Below, piece after piece: positions 9,318-17,926 of a DNA stretch of 42,437 nt (position 1 is the first letter of the stretch; each line of letters starts with the position of its first letter). Made by a program: the position numbers and the translations under genes. This DNA comes from Desulfuromonadales bacterium (GTDB lineage: Bacteria > Desulfobacterota > Desulfuromonadia > Desulfuromonadales > DASPGW01). The DNA lies in contig DASPGW010000044.1 in the NCBI GenBank assembly GCA_035620395.1, positions 1 to 42,437 on the forward strand, read 5' to 3'. Below the pieces are notes generated by a model. The model had not been told where the DNA came from and ran no database searches. It was given only the letters and a program-made list of their open reading frames with translations.

Positions 9318-10202
9318 TCAGGGGTGCCTGACCCCGGCGGGCGGCAGGACCAGCACCAGCTCGCCGGAGAGGGCGCGGAAGGTCATGGGAAGCCGGCCGA
9401 GATGATCGCCATCAATCTGCACCGCCACCCCCTCGCCGCGCACGGAGACGCTTCGGGCCTTGAAGGTTTCGGCATCGGGCCTCGCCAAACGGCGGCCGGC
9501 GGCGATCTTCGCCGCGCAGCGCAGCAGCGGCAGGCGCCCCTTCTTGAGAAACACACAGACATCCAGCGCCTCTTCCGCCAGTGAGGCATCGGGAGTCACG
9601 GAAAAACGCCCGCCGTAAAGACGGCCATTGCCGAGGATCACGTGGTAGCCACGCACGGTCGAACCGTCCTCGCGCACCACTTCGATCGGCGCCGGCGGCG
9701 GTCCGGCCAGGCGCCGCAGCCCGCTCGCCAGGTAGGCGAACTTGCCGGTCCAGCGCTTGAGGCGGCCGCTGACACGGTAGACGACATCGGCGTCGAAGCC
9801 CGCCCCGGCCATCAGCAGAAAGCGGGTCTCCCCCGCCAGGCCGAGACAGACCGGCTGTGGCGCCCCGTCGAGGGCAATGGCGCAGGCCTGTTCGACGTCG
9901 AAGGGGATGCCCGCCTCCAGGGCGAACACGTTGGTGGTGCCGAGGGGCAGAAAGGCCAGAGGGATCGCCGAAGGGACGAGGCCGTTGACCACCTCGTTGA
10001 GGGTACCGTCGCCGCCGGCGGCGATGATCCGGTCGAAGCCTTCGTTTTTCGCTTCAGCAGCCGCTTTTCTGGCATCCCCCCGGGCGCCGGTCAGGGCCAA
10101 GGCGACGGTGCAGCCCTGGCGCTCCAGGTACTCCTGCGCCCGGCGGATGCTCGCCAGGGCGTTGCCGCCAGCGACCGGATTGGCGATCAGCTTGATTTTC
10201 AT
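9318..10202 (-). CDS. Diacylglycerol/lipid kinase family protein (YegS/BmrU-like)
   Basis: MKIKLIANPVAGG... and the GGDGTLNEVVNGL catalytic motif. ATG 10202; the 544-aa track ORF is an antisense extension over the neighbouring phosphatase gene. Confidence 0.75.
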   Translation of the reverse strand: MKIKLIANPVAGGNALASIRRAQEYLERQGCTVALALTGARGDARKAAAEAKNEGFDRIIAAGGDGTLNEVVNGLVPSAIPLAFLPLGTTNVFALEAGIPFDVEQACAIALDGAPQPVCLGLAGETRFLLMAGAGFDADVVYRVSGRLKRWTGKFAYLASGLRRLAGPPPAPIEVVREDGSTVRGYHVILGNGRLYGGRFSVTPDASLAEEALDVCVFLKKGRLPLLRCAAKIAAGRRLARPDAETFKARSVSVRGEGVAVQIDGDHLGRLPMTFRALSGELVLVLPPAGVRHP

Positions 10203-10421
10203 GGTCTGCACTTTCCAAGCTAGGCTGGGGCGCACGGCATCGGCTGCCTGCGACGAAAAACGATGGTAGCGCATTTGGGCAGATTTGGTGAAAAATTTCG
10301 CAACTGCAACCAACCAGGGTTTTCGCCACCGCCCCGAAGCTAGCGATGGACCTGGACCGAAGAGGCGGTAGACTGAAAGAGAAGAGAGCCTCCAACACCC
10401 CCTGGTGGACACAAACAGACC

Positions 10422-11087
10422 ATGGCAGCGACGGTACAGACACGGCAAGAAGGCCGCCTGCTGGCGGTAGGCGACATCCACGGCTGCCTCGACCACCTGG
10501 AGCGGCTGCTGGCCCGGGTCGAGCCGACCGCCGCCGACCGCGTGGTCTTCCTCGGCGATTACATCGACCGGGGACCGGACGGCAAGGGGGTGATCGACTA
10601 CCTGATCGGCTTCGGCCGGCGCTTTCCGCGCAGCGTCTTTCTCAAGGGGAACCATGAGGCGATGTTCCTCGATTTTCTGGCCGGCCGTGAGCAGTTGCTC
10701 TACCTCTACAACGGCGGCGGCACCACCCTGGAGAGCTACCAGGAAGAGGCGGGCATCCGCATCCCCAAGGCGCATCTCGATTTCCTCGAGGGGCTGCCGG
10801 CCTATTTCGCGACGGAGGATTTCATCTTCGTCCACGCCGGCCTGCGCCAGGGACTCCCCCTGGAAGAACAGTCGGAACACGACCTGATCTGGATCCGGAA
10901 CGAGTTCATCGTGTCCGGTTACGACTGGGGCAAGACCGTGGTCTTCGGCCATACGCCCGTGCGCGAGCCCTTCTTTGCCGCCAACAAGATCGGCATCGAC
11001 ACCGGCGCCGTCTACGGCCGCGTGCTCAGCTGCTGCGACGTGCGGCGGCGGGTCTGCTGGAACTCGGAACCGCTGCTGCCGGCGTAA
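10422..11087 (+). CDS. Metallophosphoesterase, Ser/Thr phosphatase / ApaH-like
   Basis: Motifs GDIHGC, GDYIDRGP and GNHE in canonical order. Confidence 0.75.
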   Translation: MAATVQTRQEGRLLAVGDIHGCLDHLERLLARVEPTAADRVVFLGDYIDRGPDGKGVIDYLIGFGRRFPRSVFLKGNHEAMFLDFLAGREQLLYLYNGGGTTLESYQEEAGIRIPKAHLDFLEGLPAYFATEDFIFVHAGLRQGLPLEEQSEHDLIWIRNEFIVSGYDWGKTVVFGHTPVREPFFAANKIGIDTGAVYGRVLSCCDVRRRVCWNSEPLLPA

Positions 11088-11092
11088 AAAGC

Positions 11093-11155
11093 GGTCCCTG
11101 GTCCAAGATTCCCGGTCCCGACCTTGGAATTTGGACTCGGGACCCGGGACTCAAT
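11093..11155. repeat. Nine tandem heptamers forming an imperfect hairpin between convergent genes
   Basis: GGTCCCT GGTCCAA GATTCCC GGTCCCG | ACCTTGG AATTTGG ACTCGGG ACCCGGG ACTCAAT. CCCGGTCCCGA pairs with TCGGGACCCGGG. The stop of the U32 gene (11151-11153) lies in the last unit. Confidence 0.6.
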
Positions 11156-12371
11156 CCCCGATTTTCTTCTCCCGCCGCAGCAGATCCCCCGCCTGCGCTC
11201 CGTCCGGCAAGGCCATCACCACCCGGGCGTTGGGCTGGACGACGGAGAGTGGGAGGCCCTCTTCGCCCTGCAACTCCCCGACCGGAAAAATCGCCTGGCG
11301 CATGGACGGGCCGATCAGCTCCAGAGTCTCTCCCGAAAAGAAGCGGTTGCGCCCGCCGATCAGGCAGCGCCCGTCTCCGTACGTCTCCAGAACCACGCCG
11401 ACGAAATCGAAGCTGCGCCGATATCGGGAGTCGTCGCGGTGGACCAGGGGGTCACTGCCGCCAAAGAGAAATCCCCGGTCGTAGGGGCGGTGGCTCACCT
11501 TCTCCAGCTCTTCCCGCCAGAGCGGGTCGAAGACGTAGCCGTCCGGATCGGCCAGGTAGCGGTCGAGGGCGGCCCGGTAGACCCGGGTCACGGCCGCCAC
11601 GTAGTAGCGGCTCTTCATCCGCCCCTCGATCTTCAGGCTGCTCACCCCGGCCCTGAGCAGTTCCGGCAGATATTCCACCAGGCAGAGATCGCGGCTGTTC
11701 ATGATGTAGGTGCCGCGCCCGTCCTCCTCGACGGCAAAGTGCTCTCCGGGGCGGGTCTCCTCGGTCAGGGAGTAGCGCCAGCGGCAGGGATGGGTGCAGG
11801 CCCCCTGGTTGGCGCTGCGGCCGGTTAGGGCCGCCGAAAGCAGGCAGCGTCCGGAGTAGGCGACGCACAGTGCACCGTGGACGAAAACCTCCAGGTCGAC
11901 ATCAGTTTCGGCACGGATCGTGCGAATCTCCTCCAGAGTGAGTTCGCGGGCCAGGTTGACGCGGCAAACGCCGCCGGTCTGCCAGAAACGCACAGCCTCG
12001 GCGTTGGTGGTATTGGCCTGGGTCGAAAGATGGATGGGCCGCTGCGGATCGAGACGCCGCACCAGGGCGAGGACTCCCGGGTCGGCAACGATGTAGGCGT
12101 CCAGCTCGAGGGGCCGCAGCGCCTCCAGATAGGCGGCGAGTTCCGGCATCTCCCGCGGGCGCAGATAGGCGTTGAGGGTCAGGTAGAGCCGCCTGCCGCG
12201 AGCGCGTGTCATTTCCCTGGCCTGGCCGAGACCGGCCAGGGTAAAGTTGCCGGCCTGGGCGCGCAGGCCGAACTTTTCGCCGCCGACATAAACGGCATCG
12301 GCCCCATAGGCCAGGGCGGTTTCAAGTTTTTCCAGGTCGCCGGCGGGGACCAGCAGTTCCGGTTGCGGCAT
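11151..12371 (-). CDS. Peptidase U32 family protein
   Basis: MPQPELLVPAGDLEKLETALAYGADAVYVGG..., ...HLSTQAN..., EVFVHGALC.AYSGRC are typical U32 features. ATG 12371. Confidence 0.8.
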   Translation of the reverse strand: MPQPELLVPAGDLEKLETALAYGADAVYVGGEKFGLRAQAGNFTLAGLGQAREMTRARGRRLYLTLNAYLRPREMPELAAYLEALRPLELDAYIVADPGVLALVRRLDPQRPIHLSTQANTTNAEAVRFWQTGGVCRVNLARELTLEEIRTIRAETDVDLEVFVHGALCVAYSGRCLLSAALTGRSANQGACTHPCRWRYSLTEETRPGEHFAVEEDGRGTYIMNSRDLCLVEYLPELLRAGVSSLKIEGRMKSRYYVAAVTRVYRAALDRYLADPDGYVFDPLWREELEKVSHRPYDRGFLFGGSDPLVHRDDSRYRRSFDFVGVVLETYGDGRCLIGGRNRFFSGETLELIGPSMRQAIFPVGELQGEEGLPLSVVQPNARVVMALPDGAQAGDLLRREKKIGD

Positions 12372-12462
12372 GTTTCGATACCTCCGAGAATTGTTGCGCG
12401 AGGATAGCACAGAACCTGCCCCGCAGCCCAGCACCAAGGCGCCGCCCGGGAGCCTTTCCCGC

Positions 12463-12489
12463 TTGACAGGGGCCTAAAAACTCTATAAT
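12463..12489 (+). promoter_or_regulatory. Candidate sigma70 promoter upstream of the LysM-dprA genes
   Basis: Perfect TTGACA (12463-12468) and TATAAT (12484-12489), but only a 15-nt spacer. Followed by a leader of about 160 nt with a nested hairpin at 12506-12541. Confidence 0.4.
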
Positions 12490-12652
12490 TTTTAGGAAAT
12501 TTGCGCCCGGGATGGTGGCACAAAAAGTCACCCCGCCCGGGGAAATGACGGCGACCGGCCCGGCGGCAGAAAAATGAAGCCGGCCAGACCGTCCCAACAT
12601 CCCTGCAAGCCGATTGAGCGCTGCCAACCTGCAAGATGCACAGGGGGATTCA

Positions 12653-13678
12653 ATGACGATCAGACGGACGATTCTGTTTTTTTGCCTGCTGCTGCTGCCG
12701 CTCTCCGCGCCGGCGCAGGAGGGTGCGCGGACTTACGTGATCAAGAAAGGGGACACGCTCTGGGGCGTCTCCGAGCGCTTCATCAAGGATCCCGACTACT
12801 GGCCCGGCCTCTGGGCGAACAACCCGGACATCCGCAACCCCCACTTCATCTACCCCGGACAGCAGCTGCGCATCTACGACGGACGCATCGAGCTCGTTCC
12901 GGTTGCACCGGCGGCTCCAGTCGTCACGGCAACAGAAACGGAAGCAGCGGTCGCCGCCCCCGCCCCCGAGCCTTCCCTCCCCCAACCGTCGCCGGCCATC
13001 ACCATCAACACCCTGGGCGGGGCAAGAGGCTTTGTCGGGACGGATGCGCTTGCCTACGACGGCATTCTGGTCGATACGGTAGACAACCGCATCCTGATGG
13101 CCAGCGGCGACCGGGTTTTCGTCAAATTGCAGGACCCAGCTGCCGTACGCCCTGCCGATCGATTTTCCCTCTTCGAAACCGGCAAGGAAGTCCTGCATCC
13201 GGTGACTGGCCAACCGGTCGGCTACCAGGTGACCGAACTGGGAGCACTGCAGATCACCGAAACCGGACCCAATGTCGCCACGGCTGTCATCACCGACTCC
13301 TTCCGCGAAATCCAGCGGGGATCCCTGCTGCTCCCCTGGCAGCCACAGGTCAGGGAAATCGCGCTGAAAAAAGCCGCGCAGGAGCTTTCGGGTTACGTAA
13401 TCGCCGGCGGTGATGGCAAAACCGCTCTCAGTCAGTTCGATGTCATTTTCGTTGATTTCGGCGCCGCCGAAGGACTGGAGGTCGGCAACCTCCTCTACAT
13501 CTCCCGGCAGCGCATGGCTACGGAACTCGCCTATGGGGCAGAGGAACTGCAGCTGCCCGACGTCCTGCTGGGGAGTGCGGTGGTGCTGGAGACCCGGCCC
13601 CACACGGCCGCAGCCCTGGTGCTCAAAGCTGCCGACAGCATGCACCATGGCGACCGGGTGACCATCGTTACGGAATAG
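12653..13678 (+). CDS. LysM peptidoglycan-binding domain protein (secreted)
   Basis: Signal peptide MTIRRTILFFCLLLLPLSAPAQE, then LysM motif YVIKKGDTLWGVSERF...YPGQQLRI. Confidence 0.75.
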   Translation: MTIRRTILFFCLLLLPLSAPAQEGARTYVIKKGDTLWGVSERFIKDPDYWPGLWANNPDIRNPHFIYPGQQLRIYDGRIELVPVAPAAPVVTATETEAAVAAPAPEPSLPQPSPAITINTLGGARGFVGTDALAYDGILVDTVDNRILMASGDRVFVKLQDPAAVRPADRFSLFETGKEVLHPVTGQPVGYQVTELGALQITETGPNVATAVITDSFREIQRGSLLLPWQPQVREIALKKAAQELSGYVIAGGDGKTALSQFDVIFVDFGAAEGLEVGNLLYISRQRMATELAYGAEELQLPDVLLGSAVVLETRPHTAAALVLKAADSMHHGDRVTIVTE

Positions 13679-13715
13679 CGGAAAGATCGCCGCCGATTAA
13701 GTTTCGCCGGAAAAG

Positions 13716-13746
13716 GGATTGAGCTCGTTCAATCCTTTTTCTTTTT
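13716..13746 (+). terminator. Rho-independent terminator after the LysM gene
   Basis: GGATTGA-gctcgt-TCAATCC followed by TTTTTCTTTTT. Confidence 0.75.
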
Positions 13747-13762
13747 ATGCGCGGGGGGGAGC

Positions 13763-14860
13763 ATGACGGAGGAAGAACGGGGCTGGATGCGGCTGCATCT
13801 CACCCGCGGGCTGGGACGGACGGGACTGATCCGGCTGATGGAAGCCTTCGGCTCGCTGGAGGCAATTCTCTCCGCTCCTCCCGCCATGTGGTGCGCGCGG
13901 GCAGGCCTCCGGGAAGCGGTTGCCGCAGACTTTCCCGCCGCCAATGACCCACGAATGGCGGCGGCGGTCAAGACTCTGGAAAAAACCGGTGCCCGGATAA
14001 TCGCGCTATGGGACGAAGAGCGCTATCCTGCCCTGCTGCGCGCCATTCACGATCCGCCCGCTCTGCTCTATGTGCGCGGCACTCTGCCGGCGGGCGAGGC
14101 ACTCGCCGTGGTCGGGGCCCGGCAGGCTTCGTCGGCGGGCCGGCAACTGACCCTGGAAACCTGCCGCGAACTGGCCTCCCGCGGGATCATCATCGTCAGC
14201 GGCCTGGCCCGGGGCATCGACACCGCTGCCCACCAGGGCGCCCTCGAAGGTCAGGGCCAGACCGTCGCCGTTCTCGGTTGCGGCATCGACCGGATTTACC
14301 CGCCGGAAAACCACCGCCTCTTCCAGCGCATTCTCGAACAGGGGGCCATCCTCTCCGAGTACCCCCCTGCCACTCCGCCCCTGCCCGGACATTTCCCGGG
14401 CCGCAATCGCATCATCAGCGGGCTGAGTCGGGGGGTGCTGATCGTCGAAGCCGCCGAGGGAAGCGGTTCGCTGATCACCGCCGACTTCGCCCTGGAGCAG
14501 GGGCGCGAGGTTTTCGCCGTTCCCGGGGCGGTCTTTGCCCCCACCAGTCAAGGGGTCAACCGCCTCCTCAAGGACGGTGCCCGCCTGGTGACCGAAGCCC
14601 GCGACATCCTCGAAGTCCTCTGGCCGCAATTCCCCTCCCGAGCCGCCCGTCGACGGGAGAATGCCATTGCCGAGGGCCTGTCCGGCGACGCCCTGAACGT
14701 ATACCGTTTGCTCGGCAACGACCCGTTGCACGTGGATGAACTGGCCCGGACAAGCGGCTTGACACCCATGGAAGTTTCCGCTATTTTACTCAACCTGGAG
14801 CTGCAGGGGGGAGCGCAGCAGCTTCCCGGCATGCGTTACGTGCGCAGCCGCAACCCCTGA
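13763..14860 (+). CDS. dprA: DNA processing protein DprA
   Basis: GLARGIDTAAHQGAL..., VLGCGIDRIYP.EN, GHFP.RNRIISGLS are the DprA Rossmann core. RBS GGGGGGAG lies before ATG 13763. Confidence 0.9.
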   Translation: MTEEERGWMRLHLTRGLGRTGLIRLMEAFGSLEAILSAPPAMWCARAGLREAVAADFPAANDPRMAAAVKTLEKTGARIIALWDEERYPALLRAIHDPPALLYVRGTLPAGEALAVVGARQASSAGRQLTLETCRELASRGIIIVSGLARGIDTAAHQGALEGQGQTVAVLGCGIDRIYPPENHRLFQRILEQGAILSEYPPATPPLPGHFPGRNRIISGLSRGVLIVEAAEGSGSLITADFALEQGREVFAVPGAVFAPTSQGVNRLLKDGARLVTEARDILEVLWPQFPSRAARRRENAIAEGLSGDALNVYRLLGNDPLHVDELARTSGLTPMEVSAILLNLELQGGAQQLPGMRYVRSRNP

Positions 14861-14874
14861 AGTCATGGAGGTTC

Positions 14875-15354
14875 ATGTCAGCGGATACCCTCAGAGAACG
14901 GGTTCTGGCCATCGTCAGTCTCATTGCCCAGTATGTCATGGAGGAACGCGACCTGCTGACCGAGAACGAACTCGTGGCGGAGCTGCTGGCGGTCGGTTTC
15001 GAAGAGGAAGAGATCGAAGCAGCCTTCCGCTGGATGGAAACCCTTTCCCTGCAGAGCCGGCAGAAACCGCCGCATCTGCTGGTGTCCGGCACCCACCGGG
15101 TTTTCACCGCCGCGGAAAACCGGGCACTCTCCAAGGAGGCCCGCGGTTTCCTGATCCGGCTGCGGGCCCTTGGCATTCTCGACGACGAGCTGGAAGAAGA
15201 GGTCATCGAGCGGGCGACACAAGCGGAAGAGGAACTGACCCTGCCGGAAATCAAGACGCTGGTGGTCCTCACCCTCTTCACCCGCTCCCACGACGACTGG
15301 CGGCGAGAAGTCGACTGCATCATGGAAGACGACTGGTCGCGTTTGTATCATTGA
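14875..15354 (+). CDS. smg: Smg (DUF494) protein
   Basis: 159 aa, acidic, in the conserved position between dprA and topA. GGAGG RBS before the ATG. Confidence 0.7.
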   Translation: MSADTLRERVLAIVSLIAQYVMEERDLLTENELVAELLAVGFEEEEIEAAFRWMETLSLQSRQKPPHLLVSGTHRVFTAAENRALSKEARGFLIRLRALGILDDELEEEVIERATQAEEELTLPEIKTLVVLTLFTRSHDDWRREVDCIMEDDWSRLYH

Positions 15355-15365
15355 CGCGACAAGCG

Positions 15366-15393
15366 GGCTGCGGAGGATTCCGCAGCCTTTTTT
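15366..15393 (+). terminator. Rho-independent terminator after smg
   Basis: GGCTGCGGA-ggat-TCCGCAGCC followed by T6. Confidence 0.8.
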
Positions 15394-15404
15394 GATTTAA
15401 ACCG

Positions 15405-15432
15405 GGCACCAGGCACCAGGCACGAGGCACGA
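15405..15432 (+). repeat. Tandem heptamer array (GGCACCA)2(GGCACGA)2
   Basis: Four exact-register 7-nt units read directly from the sequence, about 60 nt upstream of the topA ATG. Confidence 0.85.
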
Positions 15433-15490
15433 GAGGAAACCCTCTTGCCGCATGCCGGAAGCCTCCCGCCTGTTTCCGAACGGAACGGAC

Positions 15491-17839
15491 ATGGCCAGAT
15501 CACTGGTGATCGTCGAATCACCCGCAAAAGCAAAAACCATCGAGAAGTTTCTCGGCAAGGGTTACAAGGTCCTCGCCTCCTACGGCCACGTCCGGGCCCT
15601 GCCCAGCAAGCAGGGGATGGTGGACGTCGCCAACGACTTCGAACCGAAGTACCAGATCCTGCCGGAGAGCAAAAAACAGATCGATCTGCTCCGGAAGGAA
15701 GCCCAGCAGAGCGACGAACTGATCCTTGCCACGGACCTCGACCGCGAGGGGGAGGCGATTGCCTGGCACCTGCTGCAGGCTCTGGGCATTCGCGAAGAGG
15801 GGGATTCGCCCCGGGTCAAGCGGGTCACTTTTCACGAGATCACCAAAAAGGCGATCACCAGGGCAATGGAGGAGCCGCGGCAAATCGCCAAGGACCTGGT
15901 CGACGCCCAGCAGGCTCGCGCCATCCTCGATTACCTGGTCGGCTTCAATCTCTCCCCTTTCCTCTGGAAGAAGATCCGCTACGGACTCTCCGCCGGCCGC
16001 GTCCAGTCGGTGGCCCTGCGCCTGATCTGCGACCGGGAGAAGGAAATCCAGGCCTTCCTCCCCAGGGAATACTGGACCATCGACGCCCTGCTGAAGACCG
16101 CCAAAGGCGAGGCCTTCCAGGCGCGCCTCTTCGCCATGGAGGGGAAGAAGCTCGACAAGTTCGCCATCGAGACCGAGGCACAGGCCAGTGCGCTTGTCAG
16201 CGCCATCGGCCGGGAGTCCTTCCGCGTCGCCGCCGTCACCCGCAGCGAAAAGAAGCGCAATCCCGCCGCCCCCTTCACCACCAGCACCCTGCAGCAGGAA
16301 GCGAGCCGCAAACTCGGCTTCTCGGCGCGCAAGACCATGACCGTGGCGCAGAAGCTCTACGAGGGGATCGACATCGGCGAAGGGATGGTCGGCCTGATCA
16401 CCTACATGCGTACCGACTCGGTCGCGCTCTCCGAGGAAGCGACCGGCGAGGCGCGCGAGATCATCACCCGGGCCTTCGGCCCCGAGTATGCCCTGGCCCA
16501 GCCGCGCATCTACAAGAGCAAGGCGAAAAACGCCCAGGAAGCCCATGAGGCGATCCGTCCCACCGCCATCGCCAACACCCCCGAGAAGATCAAGGCGTAC
16601 CTTTCTTCCGATCAGTTCCGGCTCTACAGCTTGATCTGGACCCGCACGGTCGCCTCGCAGATGGCCGCCGCCGTCCTCGATGCCACCACGGTCGACCTCG
16701 CCGCCGGCGACCGCTTCACCTTCCGCGCCAGCGGCCAGGTGATCCGCTTCCCCGGTTTCATGAAGCTCTACATCGAGGGGACCGACGAGGCCGAGGAGGA
16801 CAAGGAGGGGACCCTGCCCCTGCTAACAGAGGGTGAGGCGCTGAATCGGGAGAAGCTGCTGCCCGAGCAGCACTTCACCCAGCCGCCGCCCCGCTACACT
16901 GAGGCGAGCCTGGTCAAGACCCTCGAAGAGAACGGCATCGGCCGCCCGTCGACCTACGCCTCGATCATGAACACCCTGGTGACCCGCAAGTACGTGCGCC
17001 TGGAAAAGCGGACCTTCTTCCCCGAAGACGTCGGCATGGTGGTCAGCGACCTGCTGGTCAACCACTTTCAGAAATACGTCGACTACGACTTCACCGCCAC
17101 CCTCGAGGAGGAACTCGACGCCATCTCCCGCGGCGAGGAAAAGTGGCGGCCGGTGCTGCGCGCGTTCTGGGAGCCGTTCATCGCCCTGCTCAAGCAGAAG
17201 GAGCAGGAGGTCACCAAGGAAGACGTGACCACCGAGAAAACCGGCCGCAGCTGCCCCGAATGCGGCAAGGAACTGGTCATCAAGCTCGGCAAGTCCGGCA
17301 AGTTTCTCGCCTGCACGGGCTTTCCCGAGTGCCGCCACACCGAGCCCCTCGCCGCCGAAGAGCGGGAGGAACCGGTCCTCTCCGAGGAGAAATGCGACAA
17401 GTGCGGCGCCCCGATGCTGATCAAGGACGGCCGTTACGGCAAATTCCTTGCCTGCTCGGCCTACCCGGCCTGCAAGAACATCCAGCCGCTGGTCAAGCCG
17501 AAGTCCCTCGACATCACCTGCCCCGACTGCAAGCAAGGGGTGCTGATGGAGAAGAAGAGCCGCTACGGCAAGATTTTCTATTCCTGCAACCGCTATCCCC
17601 AGTGCAAATACGCCCTGTGGGACCAGCCGGTGGACGAAGCCTGCCCCAAGTGCGGCTACCCGGTGATCGTCGAGAAGGTCACCAAGCGTTACGGCACCTA
17701 CCGCAAATGTCCGACGGAGAGCTGCGACTGGAAGCTGGAGATCGTGCCGCCGGAGAAAAAGGAAACCCCGGCGAAGGCGCCGGCCAAGAAGCCCGCGGCG
17801 AAAAAGGCGCCGGCCAGGAGTACCAAGCCGAAAGCCTGA
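15491..17839 (+). CDS. topA: DNA topoisomerase I
   Basis: MARSLVIVESPAKAKTIEKFLG Toprim start and the catalytic region. Four C-terminal CxxC...CxxC zinc ribbons and a Lys/Ala/Pro-rich tail. Confidence 0.95.
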   Translation: MARSLVIVESPAKAKTIEKFLGKGYKVLASYGHVRALPSKQGMVDVANDFEPKYQILPESKKQIDLLRKEAQQSDELILATDLDREGEAIAWHLLQALGIREEGDSPRVKRVTFHEITKKAITRAMEEPRQIAKDLVDAQQARAILDYLVGFNLSPFLWKKIRYGLSAGRVQSVALRLICDREKEIQAFLPREYWTIDALLKTAKGEAFQARLFAMEGKKLDKFAIETEAQASALVSAIGRESFRVAAVTRSEKKRNPAAPFTTSTLQQEASRKLGFSARKTMTVAQKLYEGIDIGEGMVGLITYMRTDSVALSEEATGEAREIITRAFGPEYALAQPRIYKSKAKNAQEAHEAIRPTAIANTPEKIKAYLSSDQFRLYSLIWTRTVASQMAAAVLDATTVDLAAGDRFTFRASGQVIRFPGFMKLYIEGTDEAEEDKEGTLPLLTEGEALNREKLLPEQHFTQPPPRYTEASLVKTLEENGIGRPSTYASIMNTLVTRKYVRLEKRTFFPEDVGMVVSDLLVNHFQKYVDYDFTATLEEELDAISRGEEKWRPVLRAFWEPFIALLKQKEQEVTKEDVTTEKTGRSCPECGKELVIKLGKSGKFLACTGFPECRHTEPLAAEEREEPVLSEEKCDKCGAPMLIKDGRYGKFLACSAYPACKNIQPLVKPKSLDITCPDCKQGVLMEKKSRYGKIFYSCNRYPQCKYALWDQPVDEACPKCGYPVIVEKVTKRYGTYRKCPTESCDWKLEIVPPEKKETPAKAPAKKPAAKKAPARSTKPKA

Positions 17840-17854
17840 GGGTTGCCCCCCGGC

Positions 17855-17884
17855 CGACTTGTCTGACCGGTCAGACGGGTCCGA
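17855..17884 (+). terminator. Imperfect palindrome/hairpin downstream of topA
   Basis: Perfect 16-bp palindrome GTCTGACCGGTCAGAC (17861-17876), extended by wobble pairs. No T-tract, so terminator function is uncertain. Confidence 0.4.
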
Positions 17885-17926
17885 CTCGCCCCTGCTCCCT
17901 GAATTCTGGAACCTGAATCCTTGGAA
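17885..17926 (+). repeat. Tandem heptamer array (CT-initiated units)
   Basis: CTCGCCC CTGCTCC CTGAATT CTGGAAC CTGAATC CTTGGAA. The TTG start of trmFO (17921) lies in the last unit. Confidence 0.6.

Noticed and set aside
10203-10952. N-terminal 250 aa of the 544-aa track ORF 9318-10952(-).
   Set aside because: This part is antisense to the well-supported phosphatase gene (10422-11087). The lipid-kinase homology begins at MKIKLIANP (ATG 10202).
12510-12530. TGGCAC motif considered as a sigma54 -24 element (TGGCACaaaaaGTCAC).
   Set aside because: The -12 element (TTGC) is missing at the correct spacing. The sequence is better explained as the inner stem-loop of the leader hairpin.
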